The position numbers and the translations under genes were made by a program. A stretch of 58,699 nucleotides of DNA, filler included, from Sphacelaria rigidula (taxonomy: Eukaryota), in the NCBI GenBank assembly GCA_964200075.2. It is 9 parts of 9 records of this genome, joined end to end, with 100 filler letters (N's around TTAATTAATTAA, not from the genome) between each part and the next. Parts side by side here need not be neighbours in the genome. Positions count along the whole stretch, not along the records: positions 32,669 to 39,101 come from CAXNAA020020096.1; positions 39,202 to 45,634 come from CAXNAA020020097.1; positions 45,735 to 52,167 come from CAXNAA020020098.1; 6 more parts are not named here. One strand, written 5' to 3'. Position 1 is the stretch's first letter. Each line of letters opens with the position of its first letter. The notes under the pieces are model-generated. The model saw nothing but the letters and a program-made list of their open reading frames with translations, ran no database searches and had not been told where the DNA came from. Below, one piece after another: positions 36,701 to 48,629 of the stretch.

Positions 36701-36791
36701 CTGCTCCGACTTCGGAATAAACGCGAATTCGTGGACGCAGTTTGCCGAAGATTATTCAGAATGGTACCAAATCGTAACACGAGGGGGCTAA
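33735..36791 (+). pseudogene. Decayed near-full-length RTE-type LINE (APE endonuclease + RT)
   Basis: Across frameshifts: VVTWNV, IVGYAPTE, VITNMIF, LDYILVR, SDHRLV (APE); HAGKVVLEIV, CFVDLQKAYDSV, SQGCVFSPCLFSIFF, MLHADG (decayed YADD), MMLYGCVTWT. Confidence 0.9.
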
Positions 36792-37970
36792 GATGTACAT
36801 GACAGTCTGGACCAAAGCACACCATGCTGAGGAACTGTTTGCTATGCTACCACCAGACTTCCCTCAGTGCCTATCGAGGGCCGCCGAAATGTAGCAGGTA
36901 GACCATCACGTAGTACACTTGCTAGTGTATCTGTCGTCTTCCGAACAGCTCGGTATTTGTCTGTGAGGATGCCTGGGGTTATTCATTTGACCCTCGCTTG
37001 GTGAACATTCTAATCCATCTTGTTTTTCTGTCTTTTCTGTCTTTTCTTTTTTCTTCTGTATACTTTATTTGCTGATCCAAGGGTCTGTCCGGAGAACATT
37101 TCTAAAAACGTAGGCCCCAAGATCGAAAATATGAGTCATTGGGGGGGGGGGGGGGGGAGGGGGGGGGGGCGGAGACATCCAGCCTGTTATTCCCTAGTTT
37201 ATAGCCGAGGCGTTGGCGGATGCCGTCAGCTTCTGTGCACACAGATCCTTGGCATGAACATCGCACGAGTGAGCGGGGCAGACCGATTCGGGCCAACGTT
37301 CGCCACATAGATCACTCACTACCATGATCACACTTATGTGATCCTGTTTCGTGTCGAGTGCCTCGAGTACCTACCAGCAGCCTAGGCAAGTGTGGCAAGG
37401 CGTGAGAGAAGGTTGCTACTTTGACTGCAGGCTGTCGCTACCGTGCGCTCGTGTGCATAAACGTGTGTGAGCGTTGCCGGCATCCGTGGTCATCGGGAGA
37501 GAGCAGAACAAATATATGAACGTCGCAAAAACCGCCAGATCTTGAGCAATTTCTTCAAGAACACTGAACAAAAAAAGTCAAAACGTAACAGGGGTGCACG
37601 ATTTTTTCCCCCCACACACCTACGTACCTTTTTTTTGGACCGCTCAGGGGGGAGTAGGGTACTAGACCACCAATTGCCCTTGCCCCCCCCCCAAACGACA
37701 TACGAACTCCTATAAAACCGATCGCACACTAAATTCTTACAAAATGAGGCAGCGTCGGAGGTGGGGTACGATCCACGTACCCCCCTCATGGGTTGGTCAA
37801 GGAATGTAGTTTAAAACTGCAATTAGAATAGAAATAGAGATGAAAAGAAAAACGATAAATGAAATAAACAAAGTATGCAATAAAAAGGAATGAAGCATGA
37901 CAGAGATAAAAATATGAAAGAAAATAAATGTAAGCAAAAAAGAGAAAATAAAAAAAAACAAAGTGAAGTA

Positions 37971-38454
37971 AGGCCGGATGTTATGGCACACAGATTTTTG
38001 GCCCACGAATTGTTCACTTTTGGGACGTTTGAGCCACTTTTCGACCCCCAAACTGGAAAAATCGCCAAAACAAGTCTCGGACACTTTACATCACTTTACA
38101 GAGAGGAGCCTAGCCCACTTTTCAGATTCGCTTGACTCCAAGGTCTCGAGAGCGGCCGCTGAACAATAATCTGTGTGCACTAAAATCTACGGCGATCTCC
38201 ACAGATTATAGGGCAAACTGGCGGGGATCGACACGCACAGATTTTTGCGCACGAAGTTTTGTTCAGCGGCCAATCTCGAAACCTCGGAGCCAAGCGAATC
38301 TGAGAAGTAGACTAGGCTCCTCTCTATGGGGCGATGCAAAGTGTCCGAGACGTGTGTTGGCGGTTTTCTTGGTTTGGGGGTCAAAAGGTGGGTCAAAGGT
38401 CTCTCAAGTGAACAGTCCGTGGGCCGAAAATCTGTTTGCTGTAACATCCGGCCT
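37971..38454. mobile_element. Foldback MITE, about 484 bp, arms about 215 bp
   Basis: AGGCCGGATGTTA...TAACATCCGGCCT termini; imperfect complementarity continues nearly to the centre (e.g. GTCTCGGACACTTT / AAAGTGTCCGAGAC). Confidence 0.9.
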
Positions 38455-38633
38455 AAAAAAGCACAAATAGATTACAAGAAAATGGGTAGAGTAAATAGAA
38501 AATAAAATAAAATACATGTCAGGGCTGTGAACTAGACCAGTTTATAGTGTGTCGGTCAAACTGGAACTCACTGCAGTTAAACTGGAACTGCCGACGAGGA
38601 GTGTGCTCATAATACATACGTTCCTTCCGTTAT

Positions 38634-38837
38634 TAGAGAGTTTCGGAAAACGCGTTTTTGTCATTTCAGTGTGCAAATATCTCAGGATCAGAGCGCAGAA
38701 TGAAAAAATTCAGATCATCGAAGAAAAATTGAGGGGATACCGCATTTGACGGAGGGGGGAATAGTTTTTCGTTCCAATCTGATTCTGAGATATTTGCACT
38801 CTGAAATGACAAAAAAGCGTTTCCCGAAACTCTCTAT
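38634..38837. mobile_element. MITE with about 60-bp TIRs
   Basis: AGAGAGTTTCGGAAAACGC...TGCAAATATCTCAGGATCAGA versus TCTGATTCTGAGATATTTGCA...GCGTTTCCCGAAACTCTCT. Confidence 0.85.
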
Positions 38838-39201
38838 TACCGATTTGCACAACCTTACATGTGAGTTGTGGCTTTTTTTTGTAATTATTGTTCGAGGTTT
38901 GCGCAGGGGGTGGTCTTTGTCGGGGATCGTCTCCAACCACAATCATCATCAGATGAAGCAAAGCCAACCAACCCACAGCAGCACGAAGGTGTTCCCGACA
39001 AGTCCGAGTCGTGAGTATTTGGTACGTGTTAGAAGGGTCACGTGCATTATACAGGCGAAAGGAAGGATACGTGAACATTTTTTTTTTCGGCCCTCCGGGG
39101 GNNNNNNNNNNNNNNNNNNNNNNNNNNNNNNNNNNNNNNNNNNNNTTAATTAATTAANNNNNNNNNNNNNNNNNNNNNNNNNNNNNNNNNNNNNNNNNNN
39201 N

Positions 39202-39271
39202 AAATGGACACAATCCCGGGGAGCGGTTGATTCTCATTTCAAAATAGGTTCTCATTTTTCTGGCAACCCTG
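39202..39271 (-). mobile_element. DNA-transposon terminus (CAGGGTTGCCAG, hAT-like), shared with 45735-45806
   Basis: Contigs 7 and 8 begin with the same 70 bp; identity ends at ...CTGGCAACCCTG / ...CTGGCAACTCTG. Confidence 0.7.
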
Positions 39272-39759
39272 TTAGTATATGTGCATGGGACCGTCAACAT
39301 ATTTCGGCCTCACGCACACTCCCACAGAGTACATGAAGGAACATTCACGGTTGCCCATTCTGTGGAAGCCCTTCGGCATGCGACGAAATCGCCGGCGGCC
39401 TTGACTTTCCGTGGTAGCTCATACTCTGTGTTGTACATCTCGATGACGGCCTGGGGTTTGATGACCACGACACAATCACCATCAACGTCGAGGACATGCG
39501 TGTTGCTGTTTGATCCGGTGGTGGCGCAGATGAACCGTCCCCACTCGAATCACCACTCGAATCCTGGGTGATCCATTCCGATCGTCTGTAGTGCTGCTCA
39601 TGCTTCGTGTTTCCACTCAGCGTTACTGCAGCACTTTTCAACATTGCAGTAGGGTTAGGGGGCAGTTTTGAATGAAGGAGTTGGGTGGGTTGGTCGATGG
39701 AAGGTGCACGTCCAGGTCATGACGTTGTGTTTGGGTTGAACCTGTATCCGTGCTTCCCC

Positions 39760-40331
39760 AAGGTATATACCTGTGCTCATATCTCAAATCGGGTATATCT
39801 ATAACGGTATACCCTCACCCCGGGTAAAGGTATGGGAGGCACACAGAGCTCACAAAACTATCGGGTACCGGTACTGGATGAAAGGCTCACACAAAATCAC
39901 AAAACGTGTCGGGTAAGGTATGGGAGGCTCAAGAAAACCGGTACCGGCAATCGGGTACCCTTCAAGGACATACCCGCACTCCGGGTAAGTGTCAAAAATC
40001 TGTACAGAATTCACAGAACTGTGGGGTAAAGGCATGGGAGGCTTACAGAGCTCACATAAACTCTCGGGTAGGGTATGGAGGTTGCCCAGCAAAACGTGTC
40101 CGCAATCGGGTATCTTATGAAGAGCGTACCGTGCCCCCCCGGTCACGGTACGGGAGTCTTACAGATATTACAGAAATATCGGGTAGGGGTATGAAAGTCT
40201 TGCAGAGATTACAGAACTGTCGGGTACCGGTACGAAAGTCTTACAGACGTCACAGAACTGTGGGGGGCGGTAAAGAACCGGAAAAATACCTCGGGTACAC
40301 AGAAACCCGTACCCTACAGAACACAACCTTG
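39760..40331. repeat. Degenerate array of ACAGAA / CGGGTA(CC) motifs, probably a non-autonomous DNA transposon
   Basis: Recurring TTACAGA, CACAGAAC and CGGGTA units; ends CAAGGT...ACCTTG. Confidence 0.55.
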
Positions 40332-43300
40332 GAAACTTGGACTGCCCCTATTCTAACTCTCACCTGCCCACCAGTACCTGTAGGATCTTGGTATGCAAGG
40401 CACAGCGTGGGCCGCCGTTCGGCGCTCCCATAGGGTACGACAGGTCACCTACGACCTGCCGAAAGTCGGGAGTTGGCCCCTTATGGTTCCCGAAGGCGTC
40501 GTCGAAGGTGACACGCTTGTTTATTGTGCATGCTGGCCCTTTTTCTCGCTGGGCACCTTGTGCGCCACGAGAACCGCCTCCACGCTGTTAGTAGCATGCC
40601 GCGCCACATCCTTCTTCGAGCGGCCTCTGGGGTGGGAATTGTGCAAAAGGAGCAGCGGGCTGTCCTCCACAACGATAGACGCATCTTGGTCCAGCACATC
40701 TGCGGGTGTGCGGTTGAGGAGGAGGAAATCGGGAAGAAGGGAACGGCGGGGAGTCCATGACTCAGTCCATGTGTGACGTCCGACGTAGCGCCCACCGCGA
40801 CGAAGATTAAAACAACCATGCAGTCGCATGACAAACCTATAAAAGAACTACTGCGTGCACGAATCGCGCATGTCATGCATCATGGAGTGAAATTGCGGTC
40901 AGAACCCGTAGCCGTCTCGAATACGCTCTTGTCATCGCGCGGGCAGCAGTGGACTAAAGCAGGCAACATTCACGGTGATGGGTGAAGCGTGGGCCGGTCA
41001 CTCGACGCGCGGGGGGAAAGGCGCCGAGGATCACAGTTGATGTTTTTTTCGGTCATGTCGAACGTGCTGGTGGGGGCACTCGCCGCGCCTTCGGCAACAC
41101 GGGGCATGTTTTTGTGTCATGATTCCATTCACATGCTCCGTAGAATATGATGTCGGGACGTCAATTTGTGTTTGTTTTTTTGGGTCAGCTGGTATCTCGC
41201 CCCTTCTCAAACGAAGGGCATGTACACAAAAACATGCGCACTCACTCCGAATACGGGCTCCGTGCACCACCCATGGGCGGGGCATGCTAAAAGCGATCGT
41301 TCCGTTGGAGTGCAGGGACTCGAGTATCCGGAGTATGCAACGCCGCAGGGAGTCATTTGAGGTCTTCGACCTTCTCAGGAGACTCTTCTCAGCATCAATG
41401 GCGACGACGATGAGCTTCGGTGGGGTTGTGACCGGCAGCGGACCGTTACCTTCGAAGAGGTCGTCTCCCTTCAGAAGAGGGAGCCCTCTGTGGAGAACGA
41501 TGTTCTGCGCCCTTCATAATCACGACGGGGGAAGAAAATACGGGCGGTAGAGTGATGGTACATGAAATGGTTGCGTTGCTGAATAGGTCGGCGGTGCGAT
41601 GGCATCGGTGCAGCAAGTTGACGGAAGTATTGCAGCGCTTCAACGACCGCCGAAGTATTTCTTTTTCTGAGGCATGTGCAGTCGCGGGAGGAATTCACTC
41701 CTCCATTCTTCTCCGCACCATCGACGAAACAGTGCCACCAAAGATATTTCGTGCTCTCACCTATAGTCCGCCACCGTGTGTCGGGTGGGTGCCGCGATAT
41801 TTACCGCAGACTTCCTAATCTTCTTGCGCTTCCCTTTTCCTCCTCCGCCTTCATCCCCGTCTGTCGTCGATGCCACCTCTTTGCACTCGAGGCATCGGCG
41901 GTACGCCATATCGTTCAACGACAAGCTTGAGTCGTCTACGATGGGCTCGAGGAGGTCGCAGATCGCCAGGTGAAGCATTCCGCAGTGAACGCAATGATAT
42001 CTGTCCATTCGCCACACGAGCGCCGGAGGAGTGGCCATTATTGCTGCAGAAATTGTTGTTGTTGCGTACAAAGGTGCATTTTCTGCCCCATGGGATTGAC
42101 GTGAGGCACTCAAATCACGATATGAATCAGTCCCGATATATATTTGCTCAATATTTCCCCGCAACGCCTCGCACCAGATTTCGAACAACAAGCACCAAAC
42201 CTGCGGCGGTGATTCGCCAGCGTAATACTGTTCCGACAAACTGCCGGCCCCGTGTGTAGCTGGCCCCGCCTGACATCAACTTCTGTGCAGAGTTTTCAAA
42301 TTTGCTGCGGGTAAAGAATGGGGCACAAGAACAAGACTCTCGATGGCTCATTTCATTTCAGAGCAATAATAACCTTTGCAGTTTTCCGTGAAATGACGAT
42401 AAGTCACGGGTATAACCTAACGAAGCAGGGGCCAGCGACATTTGCTTGTTTGCTGTGCCGGATGCACTGTCCGTATCACAACTGAAAGTCAGATTGTCGA
42501 ACTTGCCGACAGGCCGAGCCTAAGGTATACATCCGCGTGCACAGTCTACCACCCTATGACGTTTCTGCAGCGATACCTCGTGGTAGGGCTGGGCTTGCAC
42601 ATTGGACACAGCTCTGCTTTGCGGGACCCCTCCGCAGGGCGACAAGCCTTCTCTTCTTGCGTCCTTTTCTTCGTGCCGCCCCGTGTACCGGCAAGTTTTG
42701 CCTGCCCAATCGTCGCGTCTATTGCCTCAGACTTGCCCTTCCAAACGTCGTAGGCTTTCCGTAGTCCGGGATCTCGGCCGATTTTCCGCGAGACGTCAAA
42801 ATAATACAGACAGTCAAGAGGAGACGGAGAATCCCTGCCTTTCGGCGGCAGCGACTGGTACGACCTGCAAAACGCACCAACATGAACGGCAGAACAAGTG
42901 CGACTACCCGACTACCTCCTGCCATTCGGACCCGGCCGCATTGACAACGCGGGGAGTGCACGTACCAGTTCCAGGCGACGGGGGAGCTTACACATCATGA
43001 CTGCTTCAAATTCGGCCACAATGCTGGCTTTCTTCTCTGATTCTGGGAGCTCCTCCTTCAGCGATGACACATGCTCCTTCGTGGTGTTGAGGTGATCAAC
43101 AACGATCGAGTCGAACTCTTCAGCGGACACTCCCCCACGCGAGAGCTTCTCCACTCCCTTTATACGGCGGCATGTTTATCGAGCGCGGCTCTTTGAGAAA
43201 GGTCGGGGGGCGCAGATGCGTTTGGAGTGACCTCGTCATCGGGAGGGTATCGTGGATTGGGAGTTCGAAACATATCAAGTGTTGGGAAAATATTGAAGTA

Positions 43301-44085
43301 TCTCCTCTACTCGACGTTTGAGTACGACCTCAACTACTCCACCAAAATTTCGAGTACGTCGAGTGCGACCTCAAATACTCTGCTCAGATATTGAGTAATC
43401 ACTCTCAGTATTACCTGAGTATAGAGTATCACATTAGGATGACCTCAGTGCTCGAAATACGAGTAGAGTGTTGAGTACATACTCAAGTGGTACTCAATAC
43501 TCGGGTATAACTGAGAGTGCTCAAATACTCTACTCAAACTTTGAGGAGAAAGAGTGCAACCTCGAATACTCTTCTCAAATGCTGACTACTCACTCTCGGT
43601 ATCCTCAGTATAGAGTATCACTTTAGCATGACCTCAATACCCTACTCATATTTCGAGCACTGAGGTCATACTCAAGTGATACTCAATATCCAGGTATTAC
43701 TGAGAGTGCTTGAACACTCGGCTCAGAATTTGAGTACAACAAGTGCGACCTCAAATACACCACGTAATTTCGAGTGGTCACTCTCAGTATTACCTGAGTA
43801 TACAGTATCACTCCAGTATGACCTCGGTACTCGAAATATGAGTAAAACGAGTACGACCTCAAATACTCTACTCAAATCTTCAGTGAGCACTCAGTAATAC
43901 TCAAGTGTCGAGTATCACTCGAGTATAAAGTCAGTACTCTACCCAAACTTGGATTGCGTCGAGTACGGCCTCAAATACTGCAATCGAAAACGCCGTACTT
44001 TACGCACCCCAGATAAGAGTAGAGTAATGGGGCCATACTCCAGTGACACTCTGTACTCACGTATTACTGAGAGTGCTTGAATATT

Positions 44086-44330
44086 CATCCTACGATAGGT
44101 GGGGGTGTATTTTGGGCCACTTCTTGCACGAGATTCCAAGACAAATCGCCGCTGAAATCAGCAACGGTTGCTCGAACGAGCTTGTTGTAGATACGTAACG
44201 CTCATCCATACCGATTGACACCGTTTTGAACAAAATACAAGCGCATCGCGAGTGTTGCAGGTCATCTCACACGCTCATCGTCCTTTTTTTTCGTGCAACC
44301 AAATACCCCCCCCCCCCCTATCGCAGGATG
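44086..44330. mobile_element. MITE nested in the TACTC field
   Basis: TIR CATCCTACGATAGG..GGGGTGTATTTTGG / CCAAATACCCC..CCTATCGCAGGATG. Confidence 0.75.
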
Positions 44331-44798
44331 GCTTAGAACGAGTAGGACCTTAGCTATACTCATATTTTGGAGTAACCCCTCTCAATAAGACTCGCGTGCA
44401 GAGTATCACTCGGGTATGACCTCAATACCCGACTCGAAATCGGAGTGCGTCAAGTGCGGCCTCAAATCCGGGTAGAGTGTTGAGGTCATACACCCCAAAC
44501 GACGTAATCGACGCACCCCAAATCCGGGTAGAGTGTTGAGGTCATACACGAGTGATACTCTATACTCGAGTACCACTGAGAATTTGAGTTTTTGAGATCG
44601 TACTTGATGTACTCTATATCTTCGTCAGAGAGTATTTGAGCCTGTACTCCACCCACTCAACATTTCAGTAGAGTGTTCAAGACCGTACACGACGCACTCT
44701 AAGTATGGGTACATTATTGAGGTCATACTCGAAGTGATACTCTACACGCAAGTATTACTGACAGTGCTTACTCAAAATTTGAGTAGAACGAGAGAGGC

Positions 44799-45044
44799 AT
44801 GCTACGGTAGGGGTACACAAATATATTCTGAGGATAGGTTGGTTAGGAGCCCTTTATCTCATCCAAAACACGACTTATGACAATATGCGAGACACGCCAG
44901 GATGGCTATTCCACTGTGCTGGGGATATCCCGACTTAATCTGCACACGGGGATGCCCGGACCCATATTCTTGCACGGCTAGAATCGTGAGGAGCCTCTAA
45001 ACCAGACAAAAATTCGCGAAAAATTTGCACCCCTACCGTAGCAT
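44799..45044. mobile_element. MITE nested in the TACTC field
   Basis: TIR ATGCTACGGTAGGGGT / ACCCCTACCGTAGCAT (16 bp perfect). Confidence 0.8.
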
Positions 45045-45453
45045 TGCTCGAGTACGACCTCGAATCCCCCCCTTAAATATTGAGTCAGCATTATCATTAA
45101 TACTTGAAGGTTCGAGTATGACTTGAGTATGACCTCAACATTGCACTCATATTTGGAGGGCGTCGAGTACGGTCTCGAACACTCTGCTGAACTTTTGGTG
45201 TAGGTAGAGTACAGTCTTCAATACTCTACTCAAACTTCGACAACCAAACGTATGACTCTTCGACCACTGAGTATTGAGTGCACTCGACTCGACCTACCCT
45301 TGAAAGAGATGCAACCGCCTGGGGACACGTGATGTCTCTTGCTTGCTTTTTGCATACTACGAACTATTTTTGGCTACGAATGCGCCACATTCCATCTAAC
45401 TGACTACCGGGGGTCGCTGTCCAACGATCAACATCCGTTGTGACGATACTCAC

Positions 45454-45634
45454 TTTTCGAAACGTTCCGTCAACTCCTCGCGGGCAATGGCATTCGAAAC
45501 GTGCTTCAGGAAGCTGGAGCTGACGCGCGCATGCTTCAGGATGGGTTCCGTGATCGCCGCTTTTACGTCCTTCGCCATCCTGTTCGCGGAGCTGTACCTG
45601 CGCCATTGCATGATATCAGGGCGGGGCGGGTGGG
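45454..45634 (-). CDS. Possible partial exon, product unknown
   Basis: Open GC3-rich frame DIMQWRRYSSANRMAKDVKAAITEPILKHARVSSSFLKHVSNAIAREELTERFE ending at a consensus donor AA|GTGAGT. Confidence 0.4.
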
Positions 45635-46440
45635 NNNNNNNNNNNNNNNNNNNNNNNNNNNNNNNNNNNNNNNNNNNNTTAATTAATTAANNNNNNNNNN
45701 NNNNNNNNNNNNNNNNNNNNNNNNNNNNNNNNNNAAAAATGGACACAATCCCGGGGAGCGGTTGATTCTCATTTCAAAATACGTTCTCATTTTTCTGGCA
45801 ACTCTGTTCTATGAAGAAATGAACAAGCACACAGGCAAGGAAGCCAACTGTATCCAGGAACTATGACAGAAACTCAGATGATACAGCGTACGGTGATGCT
45901 GTGCGGTAGTCCCATCCACAAACAAGTGCACCGAAGACTGGCCATGAATGGGGGACATGGTGTGTTTTCACCAAAGGTCGATACGGTCCTTTCGGACCCC
46001 TTTGTTAGTTCAGGATCCTTTTTGGACTTGCGATCGTGTTTGCTAAGAGCTAGAACTCCCGCCAGTAACCGTGCGTGGCTAGTTTCAAAACCTGCTCGGT
46101 CACATTGATTGTCGAACGAGGGGTATATTATCTCAACACCTGCAACAACACGCACGCGTCGGGCGTTGTTCGAGCAGACCAAGTTGTCGATACATAGCTC
46201 ATGATGAAGCAATCAATGCGGCGAGAGGAGGGTAACTAAATCACGGAAGGTAGAAAACGCTGCTCTGATGAGGTAGCTACGTCTTTTCTGCCGTCCCTGC
46301 TCAGTCGCTGTGGGGTGGTCATTTTGTCGAAATCATACTATCGATTACATCATGCCACTTACCCAATATCGCACGGGTGTAATCCTTTCAGTTTAACGTG
46401 TCTCCGGGTGGCTGATGTGGCGCTCGACGTTTGGAGCCCA

Positions 46441-47287
46441 TCACCGACGGTCCAACAGCACATGTTGAACAGCGCCCTCGTCGATGACATCCTCAAGACG
46501 TGCAGACGCTATATCTCCTGGCGTACCCCCGCTCCATTCAACCTTGTACGAGTACCGGCGAGAAGTGGCATCGAAACGTTGTCCCACTATCTTCCCCGTG
46601 AGCACTTTGCCCCCCCGCCAAGCGGGCATCGCACGGCGACACTGTCGGCGCGCGAACCCTTCTCTGGAGCGACGTTCCCTCGGGATACATGCTGTATGCG
46701 AGGATGGGGGCTCTGTCAATGTCCGATGCCTCGAGAGCGACCTCGGGACTGTTGACGAAGGCCTTTGAAGGGTCCAAGGACATCAAGACGGCATTACTGC
46801 GGGAGTTCTTGATCGCTGACATCTTCAACCTCCATGTTGAAGGATGTTTCCTGCTCTGCGTCATGTATGCACACATCGGCATCCCCAGGGCAGCAATGGT
46901 CGCCAGAAGGATAGCACGCTGGTTCTCGTTTCTCACGGTGTGAGTCGAAACGTGGAACCGTGTATCTTGTCCGCCGCTCGCCTCTGGCGATATGTCGTGA
47001 ATCCAAACCATGATATCCCCAGGACTGAACATACCATCCGACGAAAAGGCCCTCTCCCACGGTTGTGGTGATCGGTGCGAGATCACAACAGGTACGACGT
47101 CCCGGCCCCCGTTTTTATTCGGTCTGACGCGCATGAGCGCCGTTGACCCATATGGCAGGCGATCCTGCATGCGCCCTAAGGTGTTCTCCAGTGCAAGCTC
47201 CCGTGTACTGATTGGCTCATCTCGGTCTGCGCGCCGCGCCCACTCGACTGGTGCCGGAATCACTCCTTGTCGGATCAGTGGACACAT
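46441..47287 (-). pseudogene. Frameshifted ORF of unknown function, possible Tudor/chromo-like C-terminus
   Basis: 249-aa ORF overlapping a frame that reads GKVLTGKIVGQRFDATSRRYSYKVEWSGG; no family recognised. Confidence 0.3.
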
Positions 47288-48290
47288 ATGCCCCTCGCCA
47301 GTGCGGCACCTGCAGCATCTTCTCCGAGAACAAGGAAGCGATCACGATGGGCGAATGGCCCTCAGTATTTGCACAAGTCGTGGCGTCTGTCTATTGACAA
47401 AGTTTGGTGAGAGACGATTACAAATGACAGGAAGGAGCCCGTGGGGACAACATGGGGCGCCCACGTGTGGTTGTTGTTCCTCGAACCCCATTCATTACCC
47501 GGTATACGTTCTTCTTATATCCACGTGACATCAGAGGCCAAAACAAACTGTAGCGTATCTGTTAAACTACCATGACTGAACACTCACTCGCAAGATAGCT
47601 GGTATGCCGCCACCACTCCCGGCGTGGACGTTGCGGCAATTCTAGACTGCGACATGCAACTTATGATGGGAATTGCCCGCAGTGGAGACCGTGCAGATGG
47701 GCGTGTTGCCGCGACGTCCGTATCTCTGACGAACAACATCTTCCGTCCGAGGAGTGTATTCTTCTGTTTGGTCAGCGCGAGTAACCTCGTATCCTCGTTG
47801 GAGTCGTTCGCATCCTGATTTTCACGTGCACGATATCAAACAATACCGGGTATACGATTCAGTGTAGTGTAAGCTCGAAGAATGGTGGCACTATGAATGC
47901 ACGGGTCAGGTTTCGACTCCAGCAAGGGCTCCCGCACCACGAACGCTTGAAATACGCTCTCGAGTGTTACCCCACGACGGAGTCGCTGGTCATTCTTAGT
48001 AATGCACCGCGTAGTACAGAGCGCACAAGCTGTGGTATGACACTTACTCTTGTGGTGTTCGCCTTCAGCATCTGGCCCCCGCCTATCGTCCCAAAGAAGT
48101 TTTGTGCCTCTGTATTGTTGGCCTCTCGAAGCTCGAAGTCAAGCTCGGGCGCGAGTTTGTCGAAGAGATCGAAGGAATTGAGGATCTGCATCCGCCCCGA
48201 AACGACCTGGCTTTTGGCGAATGTCTTCACCACGCCGCCTTCGCTGTCCGACACGCTCTTGCCGTGGCAGGCGGCAAAGTAGTGCGCTTC

Positions 48291-48614
48291 GATAGACCTC
48301 TGTCACGCAAGATCAGATTGCCATGCGGACTCCTCCCATTACGGGCACACATGAACTTCAGCAGCTTTAGTTATTTATGTATTAACCCTCAGCATAGTAC
48401 AGGAGAACAGGACCATATAGCCTCTCTCCACCAGAGTAGCAAAACTAAGCCTACTCGCCATGGAGGTCACCATCACAGAGTTCGGCAATCAGACCCGCAA
48501 CTCCACCTACAATGTCCCTGACCTTAGGTAACAATGGTGTATAGGTCTACAGCACCCCAAAGCTCTCTACTACCAACGAGTACTTACATCAGAGCTTGAC
48601 AAACTCAGACATCA
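48291..48614 (+). repeat. LTR (about 324 bp) followed by PBS remnant TGGTGCC; family copies at 55521-55843 and 52144-52167 (partial)
   Basis: Collinear with 55521-55843 over its full length; ends GACATCA, then T-TGGTGC. Confidence 0.8.
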
Positions 48615-48629
48615 TTGGTGCCTGATAGT

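Larger units (their letters stand above)
43290..45295. repeat. About 2-kb degenerate TACTC/GAGTA motif field with nested MITEs
   Basis: Dozens of TACTC, GAGTA and GACCTCAA(A)TAC motifs in both orientations; almost no ORFs. Confidence 0.8.
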
